Assembly (NCBI GenBank): GCA_964484655.1
Contig: CAZAFA010000001.1
Span: 164,742-228,741 of the forward strand
Source: an uncultured Candidatus Saccharibacteria bacterium
GTDB lineage: Bacteria > Patescibacteriota > Minisyncoccia > UBA6257 > 2-01-FULL-56-20
Reading direction: 5' to 3'
DNA length: 64,000 nt
The translations under genes and the position numbers were made by a program. Positions 21,119 to 31,014 of this stretch are shown one piece after another (the first letter of the stretch is position 1; each line of letters starts with the position of its first letter). A model generated the notes under the pieces. That model did no database searches and was not told the origin of the DNA. It saw only the letters and a list, made by a program, of their open reading frames with translations.

Positions 21119-22428
21119 GACTGCTGCTCGATGGCACGCGCGACCATCGAAAGGAAGCGCGCGAACGGGCTGCGCCGGCGCCATTCGTCGAGGCGGATCT
21201 CCTCCGACCTTTCCAGGTCCTTCAGGAACGTCTCCTGGAGCTGCATCGCGAGCGCCTCATCCTGAATCCCGACGAGGTTCTCCTCGTCGAGCTTCCGCGA
21301 ACGGGAATTCTGGTTCGCCGAGCCTATGACCGACCACTCCCCGTCCACGACGAGCGTCTTCGCGTGCATGAAGGTGGGCTCGTACTCGTACACCTTGACC
21401 CCGGCCTCCATGAGGTCCTCGTAGTAGTTCTGGGCGACCCAGCGGGAGGTCTTGTTATCTATCTCCTTGCCGGGCACGAGGACCCTGACGTCTGCTCCCG
21501 CCTGCGCTCGTCCCTTCAGCGCGTCGAGGAGCGCGTCGCTCGGGGCGAAGTAGGGCGTGGTCAGCCAGACGCGCTCGCGCGCCGCGAGCACCGAGTACGC
21601 CATGAAGACGTCGACGGGGTGCGCGTCCGGCGCGGGACTTGCCGCGAGCATCGCGGAGCGCAGCCCCGACTCCCGCTCACTGCTATCTTGCGGGTAGAGC
21701 TCGTCACCATCGAGGACCTTCCCGGTCACTGCCACCCAGTGGTCGGCGAAATGTCCCTGAAGCTGGCGCGCAAGCGGACCCGTCAGCCTGAACATCGAGT
21801 CTCGCCAATGCCCGGCATCCTGAGCGTCGCCAAGCCAGGAGTCAGCCACGGCGATGCCTCCGATGTAGCCGACGCGGCCGTCGATGACGATTGCGCGGCG
21901 GTGGTTGCGCCGATGGATACGCGTGAGCTTGCCGAACCGCGCGCTACGGAAGGTCGCGACCTCCGCGCCCGCGCGCTCGAGCTCGGCGAAGCGGTCCTCG
22001 GGAGCGCTCTTGCTCCCTAGCGCATCCAGCAAGATTCGGACCTGCACCCCTTCGCGTTGCTTGCGCAGCAGAACGTCGAGGACCTGGTCGCTGGCGGTCC
22101 CGTCCATCCATATGAACACGGACAGGCTGATGCTCTCCTGCGCGCCCTCGAGCGAAGCGAGGAGATCGGGAAAGAATCCGTCTCCGTTTTCGAGTTCCTG
22201 GACCGTACCGCCTTCGACGAGGGCAGCACCGGTAGCGCCGGCGATCGCATGCAGGAAGGCTTCCGTTCCGGCCTCGGGCGTATCATCCGCCATCACGTGC
22301 GGCGGTCCGTCCCCGACTCCCAGGAAGAGCGCGCCGAGCACGCTCGCGAGCGCGACGGCTCCGACGACCATGAGGGCGGTCTGCCACCAGGCAAGACTGC
22401 TCGTGCGCGTGCGTCCGGATCCTGCCAT
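21115..22428 (-). CDS. cls: phospholipase D family protein / cardiolipin synthase
   Basis: two HKD-type motifs (HRRAIVIDGRVGYIGG and HAKTLVVDGEWSVIGSANQNSRS); N-terminal TM. Confidence 0.82.
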   Translation of the reverse strand: MAGSGRTRTSSLAWWQTALMVVGAVALASVLGALFLGVGDGPPHVMADDTPEAGTEAFLHAIAGATGAALVEGGTVQELENGDGFFPDLLASLEGAQESISLSVFIWMDGTASDQVLDVLLRKQREGVQVRILLDALGSKSAPEDRFAELERAGAEVATFRSARFGKLTRIHRRNHRRAIVIDGRVGYIGGIAVADSWLGDAQDAGHWRDSMFRLTGPLARQLQGHFADHWVAVTGKVLDGDELYPQDSSERESGLRSAMLAASPAPDAHPVDVFMAYSVLAARERVWLTTPYFAPSDALLDALKGRAQAGADVRVLVPGKEIDNKTSRWVAQNYYEDLMEAGVKVYEYEPTFMHAKTLVVDGEWSVIGSANQNSRSRKLDEENLVGIQDEALAMQLQETFLKDLERSEEIRLDEWRRRSPFARFLSMVARAIEQQS

Positions 22429-24494
22429 CAGAGCGGGCGCCGTCTTCCGCGCTTAATCTGCGGCTTCTCCTTGAGGTGCACGACCGTACCCTCCTCTGTT
22501 GACTTATCCCCGTCGTCGTCCGCAGCGTCGCGCTCCTTCTCCCGTAGCGCGCGGATCTCGTCACGCAGGATCGCCGCGAGCTCGAACTCGAGGTTCTTGC
22601 TCGCATCCTTCATCTCGCGCTCCTTCTGCTTGATGAGCCGCTCGAGGTCGCGCTTGCTCTTGCCGACCGCGGTCAGCTCGATCGCGAGCGCCTTCTCCGC
22701 CTCCTGCGGGAGGATGTCCGAGACCGCGCGCACGACCGTGCGCGGCGTGATGCCGTGCTTCTCGTTGTACGCCAGCTGGATCTCCCGGCGTCGGTTCGTC
22801 TCATCAACGGCGCGCGTCAGGGAGTTCGTCATGACGTCGGCGTACAGGACTACCTCGCCGGCGACGTTGCGCGCCGCGCGACCAATCGTCTGCACGAGCG
22901 CCGTCTCGCTGCGCAGGAAACCCTCCTTGTCGGCATCGAGGATCGCGACGAGCGAGACCTCGGGAAGGTCGAGGCCCTCGCGCAGCAGGTTTACGCCGAC
23001 GAGGACGTCGAAGGCGCCCTTGCGCAGGTCGCTGAGGATCCTGATGCGCTCGAGCGTCTTCACATCCGAGTGGAGGTACGCCACCTTCACGCCGCGCTCC
23101 GAGAGGTACTGAGCGAGATCCTCGGCCATCCGCTTGGTGAGCGTCGTGACTAGCACGCGCTCCCCCTTCTTCACGATCGCCTCGGCGCTCGCGATGAGGT
23201 CGTCGATCTGGCCTGCTATCGGGCGGATCGTGATCACCGGATCTACGAGACCCGTCGGGCGAATCACCTGCTCGACGACCTTCGTGCTGACCTGCCGCTC
23301 GTAGGGGCCCGGGGTGGCAGACGTGAAGATCGCCTGCCCGATGCGCGCGCTGAACTCGTCGAACGTCAGGGGCCGGTTGTCGATCGCGCTCGGCAGGCGG
23401 AACCCGTACTCGACGAGGGTCTCCTTGCGCGAGCGGTCCCCGGCCTGCATGCCCTGGACCTGCGGCACCGTGACGTGGCTCTCGTCGATCACCGTCAGGA
23501 AATCCTTCGGGAAGTAGTCCAGGAGCGTGCTCGGCGGCTCGCCCGGCATGCGTCCGGAGAGCGGCTGCGAGTAGTTCTCGATGCCGTGCGCGTAGCCGAC
23601 CTCGCGCATCATGGCGAGGTCGAAGCGGGTGCGGCGCTCCAGACGCTCCGCCTCGAGGAGCTTCCCTTCCGCCTCGAACTTCTTGAGCTGCTCGGCGAGC
23701 TCGTGCTCGATGGCCTTGATGCCGCGCGCGAGCTTGTCCGGCTCGGTGATGAAGTGGCGCGCCGGCGCTATGAACACCTCCGGAATCGGCTGCGTGATGC
23801 CCGGCCGGAACCCCTCGACCGGGTCGTACTCGTATATGTCGCCGACGACCCCGCCCTCGAGGCTGAAGTTGTATATCATCTCGCGGTCGGTCGGCATGAT
23901 CTCCCAGTTGTCGCCGCGCAGGCGGAACGTGCCGCGCTTGAGGTCGGCATTGGTCCGGTTGAACTGCAGCGCCACGAGCTTCCGCATCAGGTCGCCGCGA
24001 TCGACCGCCATGCCGCTCCGGAAATGGATGATGTTCTTTGCGTACTCCTCCGGCGCGCCGAGGCCGTATATGCACGAGACGGACGCCACCACGATGACGT
24101 CCTTCCGGGTGAGGAGGGCCGCGGTCGCCGCATGGCGCAGCTTGTCGATCTCCTCGTTGATCATAGCCTCCTTCCCGATGTACGTGTCCGAAGTCGGCAC
24201 GTACGCCTCCGGCTGGTAGTAGTCGTAATAGGAGACGAAGTACTCGACCGCGTTCCGCGGGAAGAGCTCGCGAAGCTCCGAAGCGAGCTGGGCCGCGAGC
24301 GTCTTGTTGTGGGCCATCACGAGCGTCGGCCGCTGCGTGCGCGCGATGACGTTAGCGATCGTGAAGGTCTTGCCTGAGCCGGTGACGCCGAGGAGCGTCT
24401 GGTAGCGCTCGCCTGCCTCGAGGCCGTCGACGAGCTCGTCGATAGCCTTGGGCTGATCCCCCGCAGGCGCCTTCTCGGTGATGAGCTCGAACAT
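22428..24494 (-). CDS. uvrB: excinuclease ABC subunit B
   Basis: N-terminal MFELITEKAPAGDQPKAIDELV..GVTGSGKT; helicase motifs; C-terminal UVR coiled coil. Confidence 0.93.
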   Translation of the reverse strand: MFELITEKAPAGDQPKAIDELVDGLEAGERYQTLLGVTGSGKTFTIANVIARTQRPTLVMAHNKTLAAQLASELRELFPRNAVEYFVSYYDYYQPEAYVPTSDTYIGKEAMINEEIDKLRHAATAALLTRKDVIVVASVSCIYGLGAPEEYAKNIIHFRSGMAVDRGDLMRKLVALQFNRTNADLKRGTFRLRGDNWEIMPTDREMIYNFSLEGGVVGDIYEYDPVEGFRPGITQPIPEVFIAPARHFITEPDKLARGIKAIEHELAEQLKKFEAEGKLLEAERLERRTRFDLAMMREVGYAHGIENYSQPLSGRMPGEPPSTLLDYFPKDFLTVIDESHVTVPQVQGMQAGDRSRKETLVEYGFRLPSAIDNRPLTFDEFSARIGQAIFTSATPGPYERQVSTKVVEQVIRPTGLVDPVITIRPIAGQIDDLIASAEAIVKKGERVLVTTLTKRMAEDLAQYLSERGVKVAYLHSDVKTLERIRILSDLRKGAFDVLVGVNLLREGLDLPEVSLVAILDADKEGFLRSETALVQTIGRAARNVAGEVVLYADVMTNSLTRAVDETNRRREIQLAYNEKHGITPRTVVRAVSDILPQEAEKALAIELTAVGKSKRDLERLIKQKEREMKDASKNLEFELAAILRDEIRALREKERDAADDDGDKSTEEGTVVHLKEKPQIKRGRRRPL

Positions 24495-24533
24495 CCCGTC
24501 AGTCTACCACCCCGGCGCGCCTTGCTGGAGGCC

Positions 24534-25526
24534 TCAGGAAGCCGCGATCCTCGTCCGCGTCAGCGGGCCGTAGTAGCCGGCTGCCGGGCTGATGCCGACC
24601 GCTGCCTGCCATTCCGCGAGCGCCGCCCGCGTCAGCTGTCCGAAGTATCCGGTCGCTCCGGCGGCCTTGAGCGCAGCGGAAGCCGGGCCCGCGTTCCAGG
24701 AGATGAGGAATTGCTGGAGGGCGGCGACATCCGTCCCCTGCGAGCCCAAGGTGAGGTCGCGCGGCTCGGCGTTCGCGCCTGATCCGCGCGGCGCGAGCGC
24801 TATCGCGATCTCCTTCGGCAGCGTCTCGCCAGCGGCCACCGCCTGCCTGAAGAAGGCGGGGTACATGCCGGCGGCCACGCGCGCCTCGGCTGCCGGATCG
24901 TCAGCATCCTCGATGATGCGCGCGATCGCGTCGACGCGCACCTCGAGCGGGAGCGTCGCAGTCAGACGCGGATACGGGTTCTGCGCGCCGCCGGCGTATA
25001 TGCCGAAGTGGAGGTGCGCCGGTCCGCCGCTCGCGTTGCCTGTGTTGCCGACGTAGCCGATGAGGTCGCCCTCGTCGAGGATGTCGCCGGCCTCGAGGCC
25101 GTCCGCGTACCGGTCCAGATGCGCGAAGTAGAAGCGCTCGCCGCCCGGATTGATCGTGTAGACGTAGTTGCCGCCGTTCTCGCCGTAGCCGATCTGCGCG
25201 ACGACGGAGCGCGTCGGCGCGATGACGTACGTGCCCTTTGTCGCGAGGATGTCGACGCCCTCGTGCGAGCGGCCGTTGGAGCGCGCGTCTCCCCAGCTGT
25301 CGCCGAATCCACCCGGATTCACGCCGAAGACCGGGATAGGGATGACCGCGAGCGCCTCCTCGCGCTGCAGCTTGCTGACCTCGCGTCGCGCCGCGGAGGG
25401 AAGCCGGGAGCCGTACCAGGCCTGCCGCGCTTCAGGGAAGCGGAGCGTCGCCGCGGATGCGGCAGGGATGAGGGTCAAGGAAAGGACGGCGGCGGCGAGA
25501 GCGGCACCCGTTAAAGATCTATTCAT
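24534..25526 (-). CDS. secreted M23 family metallopeptidase with C-terminal peptidoglycan-binding domain
   Basis: signal peptide; HEGVDI...GNTGNASGGPAHLHFGIY M23 motifs; PG_binding_1-like C-terminus. Confidence 0.8.
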   Translation of the reverse strand: MNRSLTGAALAAAVLSLTLIPAASAATLRFPEARQAWYGSRLPSAARREVSKLQREEALAVIPIPVFGVNPGGFGDSWGDARSNGRSHEGVDILATKGTYVIAPTRSVVAQIGYGENGGNYVYTINPGGERFYFAHLDRYADGLEAGDILDEGDLIGYVGNTGNASGGPAHLHFGIYAGGAQNPYPRLTATLPLEVRVDAIARIIEDADDPAAEARVAAGMYPAFFRQAVAAGETLPKEIAIALAPRGSGANAEPRDLTLGSQGTDVAALQQFLISWNAGPASAALKAAGATGYFGQLTRAALAEWQAAVGISPAAGYYGPLTRTRIAAS

Positions 25527-25565
25527 GCGCCTATGTAACGTCTACCGCGACTCTCGCTTACAGGA

Positions 25566-26585
25566 TCAGAACAGGCGGAACACGTCGCGCGCAGTCAAGA
25601 GCAGCATCAGGCCGATCAGGAGAATGAACGTGATCGCGTTCAGGCGGACCTCGATCCACTTCGGCAGCTTCCTGCCGGTGGCCATCTCAACGAGCGACAG
25701 GTACAGTCGGCCGCCGTCGAGAGCCGGAATCGGCAGCAGGTTCAGGACCGCGAGGTTTATCGAGATGATCGCGAGCATCTGCACGAGGTAGATGGGGCCG
25801 ATCTGGCCGACCTGGCCGGCGGTCGTCACGATGCCGACCGGACCCACCACGTCGCTCGGAACCGATCCCCCGACCAGTCGCTTGATGAGGTCGGCGAAGC
25901 TCATGACCGTGGCCCGCGTCAACTCCCAGGTCGCCTTCGCTCCCTCGAGCGGCGCCCTCCAGAGCGGCACGCGGTCGATGCCGCCCTCCACCAGGCTCAC
26001 GCCCAGGGAGCCTGGATGCTCAGGCGACGGCTCGCGCGGAGTCGCCTGGACGGTCAGGCGCTCGTCGTCGCGCTGGACCTCGAAGGAGAAGGGCTGACCA
26101 ACGCTCCCGCGCGCGGCCTCGGCGAACGCGCTGGCGCTCGGATAGCCGATGATGACCTCCTCGCCCCGCAGGCCAGCTGCTGCGGCAGGAGACTCCTTGT
26201 CGACGGCCGTTACGATCAGGACGCGCGGCGTGCCGACCGCGAGCACCGCTGAGAGCAGGATCCAGGCGAGCACGGCATTGACCGCGACGCCCGCCGCAAC
26301 GACGACCGCGCGCTTCCAGGGCGCCTGCGCGGACAGGAGCCGGTGCCGCGGCACCGCGCCGTCGCCGTCGTCGTCCTCGCCGGCGATGCGCACGAAGCCC
26401 CCGATCGGGAGCCAGTTGACCGAGTACTCGGTCTCGCCGCGCTTCACGCCCCAGAGCTTCGGCGGGAACCCGATACCGAACTCGGGCACGAAGAGCTTGA
26501 ACGCCTTCGCCGCGAGGAAATGGCCCAGCTCGTGAGCAATGATGAGGACGACCAGCCCGACGGCGATTAGGAGGCCCGACATCAC
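25566..26585 (-). CDS. rseP: RseP-like site-2 protease (M50 family) with PDZ domain
   Basis: HELGHF zinc motif in TM1; PDZ segment; LDGG motif near the C-terminus. Confidence 0.8.
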   Translation of the reverse strand: MMSGLLIAVGLVVLIIAHELGHFLAAKAFKLFVPEFGIGFPPKLWGVKRGETEYSVNWLPIGGFVRIAGEDDDGDGAVPRHRLLSAQAPWKRAVVVAAGVAVNAVLAWILLSAVLAVGTPRVLIVTAVDKESPAAAAGLRGEEVIIGYPSASAFAEAARGSVGQPFSFEVQRDDERLTVQATPREPSPEHPGSLGVSLVEGGIDRVPLWRAPLEGAKATWELTRATVMSFADLIKRLVGGSVPSDVVGPVGIVTTAGQVGQIGPIYLVQMLAIISINLAVLNLLPIPALDGGRLYLSLVEMATGRKLPKWIEVRLNAITFILLIGLMLLLTARDVFRLF

Positions 26586-27139
26586 TCGGCGATGCTCGTC
26601 AGCTTTCGCTCAGTGAGCTCGTCGACGCGCTTGTTCGCCGCGTCCACCTTCTTCTGGAGCGCGTCCCTGATCGAGAACTCGTCGTCCTCGGTGATCTCCT
26701 TCGCCTCCTTCGCGCCCTTCACCTTCTTCATGACCTCGTCCCGGTGGTTCCGGATGGAGATGCGCGCCGCCTCGGCGGTCTTCTTGACTGTCTTGGCAAG
26801 CTCCTCGCGGCGCTCGCTCGTGAGCTCGGCCATGGTCGCGCGGACCGTGTTGCCGTCGTTAGTCACTGACAGCCCCACCTGGGCTTCCTGGATGGCCTTC
26901 ACGACCGGCCCGACCGCGTTCTGGTCCCAGAGCGACACGAGGACCGTGCGCGGCGGCTCGATGGAGAGCGAGCCGAGCTGGCGGATCGTCATCGGCTGGT
27001 CGTAGAGCATGACCGGCATCCGCTCGACGAGCTCGACGGACGGGCGGTTGCTGCGGAGGCTCGCGAGCTCCTCCTCGAGGTGCGCGACGGTGCCGTCCAG
27101 CATCTTCTGGAGCTCGTCGTCGAAATGGGTGGTCATCAT
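26582..27139 (-). CDS. frr: ribosome recycling factor
   Basis: 185 aa; full-length Frr-like sequence (…LRSNRPSVELVERMPV...). Confidence 0.92.
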   Translation of the reverse strand: MMTTHFDDELQKMLDGTVAHLEEELASLRSNRPSVELVERMPVMLYDQPMTIRQLGSLSIEPPRTVLVSLWDQNAVGPVVKAIQEAQVGLSVTNDGNTVRATMAELTSERREELAKTVKKTAEAARISIRNHRDEVMKKVKGAKEAKEITEDDEFSIRDALQKKVDAANKRVDELTERKLTSIAE

Positions 27140-27936
27140 GCGGGTAGGTCTGCGAACAGTGCCGCTATCTGCAGGCGGAGGCTCAGCGGCGATGCCTGCG
27201 CCGCGGCGGTGAGTCGCTGCACCCGGTGCCAGAGCTCGTGGGTACGCGGCGTGCGCTCAGTATACGCGAGCTCCAGCGAGAGCGCACGCAGGACGGGGAC
27301 GAGCCCCAGCTCGGCAGCGGAAGCGTCCTTAGCGATCGCGGCGACGCGCGCGGGGGGAGCCTCCAGGAGCGCGCGGGCAACCTCGCGTTCCGGGGTCGAC
27401 TCCGCAAGCTGCGCGGCGATACCGAGCGAACCGCGGCTGCGGCCCGCTGCGGACCCGTCTGCGCCCTGCTCGGCGAGCCAGGCGGCAACCTCGTCCTCGG
27501 AGAGCGGCGGGAGCGCGTGACGCTGGAGACGGGATCTGAGTGTCGGAAGCAGGCGGCTCTCGTCCCCTGCCGCGAGGATCAGGACCGCCTGCGTGGGCGG
27601 CTCCTCGGCGACCTTCAGGAGCGCGTTCTGCGCCTCAGGGGTCAGAAGCTCGGCGCGCAGCACCAGCGCGGTGCGGTACGGGGCAGCGGCGGGATGCGTG
27701 GCGAGATGCTCGCGGACGGCGCGCGCCTGCGCGATGCCGATGCTCGCCCCCTCCGGCTCGACGATCAGGGCATCAGCGAGCCGCTCGGTGCCTTCCAGCG
27801 CCGCGAGGAGCGCACGCGCGGTAGCCCCGAGCGAGAGATGGTCGGACGAGGTCAGGAGGTACGCGTGCGCGAGCGCGCCCGCGTCCCGCTGGTCCGTGAT
27901 GCGCGAGACGATGGCGGCGCGGACGGCGTGGCTCAT
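27136..27936 (-). CDS. holB: DNA polymerase III delta-prime subunit-like clamp-loader protein
   Basis: start at MSHAVRA..; LLKVAEEPP (counterpart of LLKTLEEPP) and ALLK..E motifs; 266 aa. Confidence 0.65.
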   Translation of the reverse strand: MSHAVRAAIVSRITDQRDAGALAHAYLLTSSDHLSLGATARALLAALEGTERLADALIVEPEGASIGIAQARAVREHLATHPAAAPYRTALVLRAELLTPEAQNALLKVAEEPPTQAVLILAAGDESRLLPTLRSRLQRHALPPLSEDEVAAWLAEQGADGSAAGRSRGSLGIAAQLAESTPEREVARALLEAPPARVAAIAKDASAAELGLVPVLRALSLELAYTERTPRTHELWHRVQRLTAAAQASPLSLRLQIAALFADLPA

Positions 27937-27941
27937 GGGTC

Positions 27942-28958
27942 TCAGCCGCGCTTGTTCAGCAGCGTGCGCTTGTAGACGTCGATGTGGCTGAGTATGAGAC
28001 CCGTGCCCTTCGCCACGCAGTAGAGCGGATCCTCGGCCAGGTAGACCGGGACGCCGAGATAGCGCTCGAAGAACTGCGGCAGGTAGTTCAGCTGGCTCGT
28101 GCCGCCGGAGATGATGATACCCTTCTCCATGATGTCGGCCACGAGCTCGGGCGGGGTCGCGTTGAAGACCTCCTGCACGGCCTGGTAGACCTCCATGAGC
28201 AGCGGGTTGAGCGCGTCCGCTACCTCGTTGCTGGTCACGATGATGTCCTTCGGGAGGCCGCTGGCCATGTCGCGTCCGCGCACCTGATACTCGCGCTTCT
28301 CCTTGGTGATGAGCGCCGAGCCGATCTTCATCTTGATCATCTCCGCGGTCTGATCGCCGATGGCGAGCCCGTACTTCTTCTTGATGTAATCGGCGATTGC
28401 CGCGTCGAACTTGTTGCCCGCGACGCGCAGAGACGCCCACGACACGATGTTGCCGAGTGCGATGACCGCCACCTCGGAGGTGCCGCCGCCCATGTTGATG
28501 ATCATGTGGCCCGACCGCGCGTTGATCGGGATGCCGGCGCCGAGCGCGGCGAGGATCGGCTCGCGGACGATGAAGGCCTGGCGCGCGCCCGCCTCCTTCG
28601 CGGCGTTGATGACCGCGCGGCGCTCGGTCTGCGTGATGCCCGCCGGGACGGAGATGACGACCTCAGGGCCGACGATGTCCCACCAGTTCGTCGCCTTGGC
28701 GATGAAGTACGTGAGCATCGCCTTGGTGATGTAGTAGTCGGCGACGACGCCGTCCTTGAGCGGGCGGTACGCGACGATGTCGTCCGGGGTGCGGCCGACC
28801 ATCTCCTTGGCCTCCTGACCGACCGCGAGGACGGTGTTGTCCGGACGCGAGAGAGCCACGATCGTGGGTTCGTTGATGATGAAGCCCCGTCCCGGAACGA
28901 AAACGACCGTGTTGGCCGTTCCGAGGTCGATGCCGATCTTGCGAGTGAATACGCCCAT
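27942..28958 (-). CDS. mreB: rod shape-determining protein MreB
   Basis: IGIDLGTANTVVFV... actin-fold ATPase; 338 aa. Confidence 0.92.
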   Translation of the reverse strand: MGVFTRKIGIDLGTANTVVFVPGRGFIINEPTIVALSRPDNTVLAVGQEAKEMVGRTPDDIVAYRPLKDGVVADYYITKAMLTYFIAKATNWWDIVGPEVVISVPAGITQTERRAVINAAKEAGARQAFIVREPILAALGAGIPINARSGHMIINMGGGTSEVAVIALGNIVSWASLRVAGNKFDAAIADYIKKKYGLAIGDQTAEMIKMKIGSALITKEKREYQVRGRDMASGLPKDIIVTSNEVADALNPLLMEVYQAVQEVFNATPPELVADIMEKGIIISGGTSQLNYLPQFFERYLGVPVYLAEDPLYCVAKGTGLILSHIDVYKRTLLNKRG

Positions 28959-28994
28959 GTGTCGTGCGGATTCTAGGGGTATGCCTCCCTACGA

Positions 28995-29026
28995 GCAACC
29001 GCCCTGTCATTTGACAGGGCGGTTGC
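28995..29026. promoter_or_regulatory. perfect 14-15 bp inverted repeat (terminator for the upstream minus-strand gene and/or operator upstream of mreB)
   Basis: gcaaccgccctgtca tt tgacagggcggttgc followed by a T-rich tract. Confidence 0.35.
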
Positions 29027-29040
29027 TTCGTTGTTTCGCG

Positions 29041-30930
29041 TCAGAGCTGGCAACGTCCGTTCGCGTTGCCGCCGACGAGCCCGATCGCCTTCTTGCAGAG
29101 GTCCGCGATGTTCGCCGGCTTCGTGAAGACGTGATCCTCTCCTGCGTAGATCGTGGCCTGCACGTTCTTCTTCGCGACCTTGAGCACCTGCTCCCAGGTC
29201 GTGGTCTGCGACATGCTCACGGAGGTGTCGCGGTCGCCGTGCGCGAGGAGGATCTTCTGGCTCCCGATCTTGTCCGCCTTGAGGAGCACCTCGGCCTTGG
29301 CGAAGAGCGGATCCTGAAGGCCAGCGACGGCGTTCTTGAACTGCGCGCTGAAGATCGTGTTCGGGTTCGCCGCGACGAGCTCCTCCCAGCCGGAGACGCC
29401 CGAGATCGCGTAGATGCCCGCGACCGAGGACGGCATCTCGACGAGCGCCTTGTTCGCGAGGTAGCCGCCGTAACTGTTGCCGACCAGGTAGATCGGCGCG
29501 GACGAGCCGTACTTGCTGCGCAGCGCCGAGATCAGGCCGCGCACCGCGGCGACATCCTTCGCGCCCACGTTGCCGGTGAGCGACTCGGCGTAGGCGCGGC
29601 CGTAGCCGTAGCTGCCCGGGTAATCGAGCTTCGCGACGATCGCGCCGGAGAGGCGGACCTGCTCGAGCATCCAGTCGAAGGAGCCGTAGCTGCTGAACGG
29701 ATGGTAGCCAGCCGTGCTGATCTGCCGGTACGGGCCGCCGTGGAGCCAGATGACGATTGGCGTCGTCTTCTTCACCGAGGAAGGCGTCCAGAGCGCGTAC
29801 CGGCTGCCGTCGGCTAGCGTCGCCTGCGTTGCAGGCGCCGTGACCGCGGTTCCCGCCGGCACGGTGGTCTGCGCCAGCTGGTCCGCGCCGGTTACCGACC
29901 CGGAATTCACGTTATAGAGCGTCGCCGTGACGCCGTTCGGGCCGGTACGGGCGAAGCTGACGTAATTGGCGAAGCGCTTCAGCGGGACGCCGTAGCTCGC
30001 GCTGTCGGCGATGAGCGACATCGTCTGCTTGGCAGGGTCGAAGCTCCAGAGACCCCAGCTGGTCGCGTTCGCGCGGTTGGCGACGACCGCGACGCGGTTC
30101 GCGTCGATGTACGCCATGTCGGCGACCTGGTACGGGCGCAGGATGAGACGCTCGGGCGTCAGGGTCGCCGGAAGGCCCTTCCCGAGAGCGATCCGGTACA
30201 GGGACTGGTAGCCGTCCCGGTCGGAGCGGAACAGGAGCGCGCTGTCGTCCGGCGCGAACGAGAAGACGCGGTTGTCCTCGCTGACGAGGTCCCAGTAAGC
30301 AACCGTGTCGCAGGTCTGCGCGGTCGTGCCGGTTGTGGTATCCGCGACGAAGTAGCAGCGCTGGCCGGTGCCGTTGAGGGTCGCCGGCTTGTACCAGGCC
30401 AGGTACCTTCCCGTGCTCGAGAGCGTCAGCGCCGACCCGGTCGGACCGATCGTGCTGCGCCCTACCGGCGTGCTGCTCGCGGTGTCGTAGAGGATCACGC
30501 TGCCGTCCGCCGAGAACGTGAGGAAGCGCGTGCCATTGTTCGCGACCATGACCCTGCTGACGAGCGCCGGGACGGCCCACTCGCGGACCTTCTGCCAGCT
30601 TCCCCTCAGGAACGCGTGCGAGACGAGCGTCGCGCCGCCGCGCGCGTCAGGCGTCGCGACGACCTGGAGGTTGCCCGCCTCGTTACGGATGCCGCCGATG
30701 GCGCCGCCGTTATCGCCCGCAGTGGCGGACGGGTTCCCGCAGGATACCGGCGCCGGGAGCGTGCACGTGACGTACTCGGTCTTCTCCAGGTTGCGGAACG
30801 AGACCGTGAATGACGAGGCGCTCGCGTCCGGGATGCTGCTGTAGCGCGGCAGTCCCGCCGCCGATGCCGCGTTCAGCGGCACGAGCGGAGCGGCGACGGC
30901 GATGAGTGCGAGAAGGGCTAGTTTGCGCAT
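29041..30930 (-). CDS. secreted S9 family peptidase (prolyl oligopeptidase/dipeptidyl peptidase fold) with N-terminal beta-propeller-like region
   Basis: signal peptide; C-terminal alpha/beta hydrolase with the nucleophile elbow GNSYGGY. Confidence 0.7.
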   Translation of the reverse strand: MRKLALLALIAVAAPLVPLNAASAAGLPRYSSIPDASASSFTVSFRNLEKTEYVTCTLPAPVSCGNPSATAGDNGGAIGGIRNEAGNLQVVATPDARGGATLVSHAFLRGSWQKVREWAVPALVSRVMVANNGTRFLTFSADGSVILYDTASSTPVGRSTIGPTGSALTLSSTGRYLAWYKPATLNGTGQRCYFVADTTTGTTAQTCDTVAYWDLVSEDNRVFSFAPDDSALLFRSDRDGYQSLYRIALGKGLPATLTPERLILRPYQVADMAYIDANRVAVVANRANATSWGLWSFDPAKQTMSLIADSASYGVPLKRFANYVSFARTGPNGVTATLYNVNSGSVTGADQLAQTTVPAGTAVTAPATQATLADGSRYALWTPSSVKKTTPIVIWLHGGPYRQISTAGYHPFSSYGSFDWMLEQVRLSGAIVAKLDYPGSYGYGRAYAESLTGNVGAKDVAAVRGLISALRSKYGSSAPIYLVGNSYGGYLANKALVEMPSSVAGIYAISGVSGWEELVAANPNTIFSAQFKNAVAGLQDPLFAKAEVLLKADKIGSQKILLAHGDRDTSVSMSQTTTWEQVLKVAKKNVQATIYAGEDHVFTKPANIADLCKKAIGLVGGNANGRCQL

Positions 30931-31014
30931 GCTTGGGATACGGGTGTGTTTGCGGTGCGGCGAAGCCGCGTCTATGACGACTCTAACACATATGACGCTG
31001 AGGTGAACCGGCGC

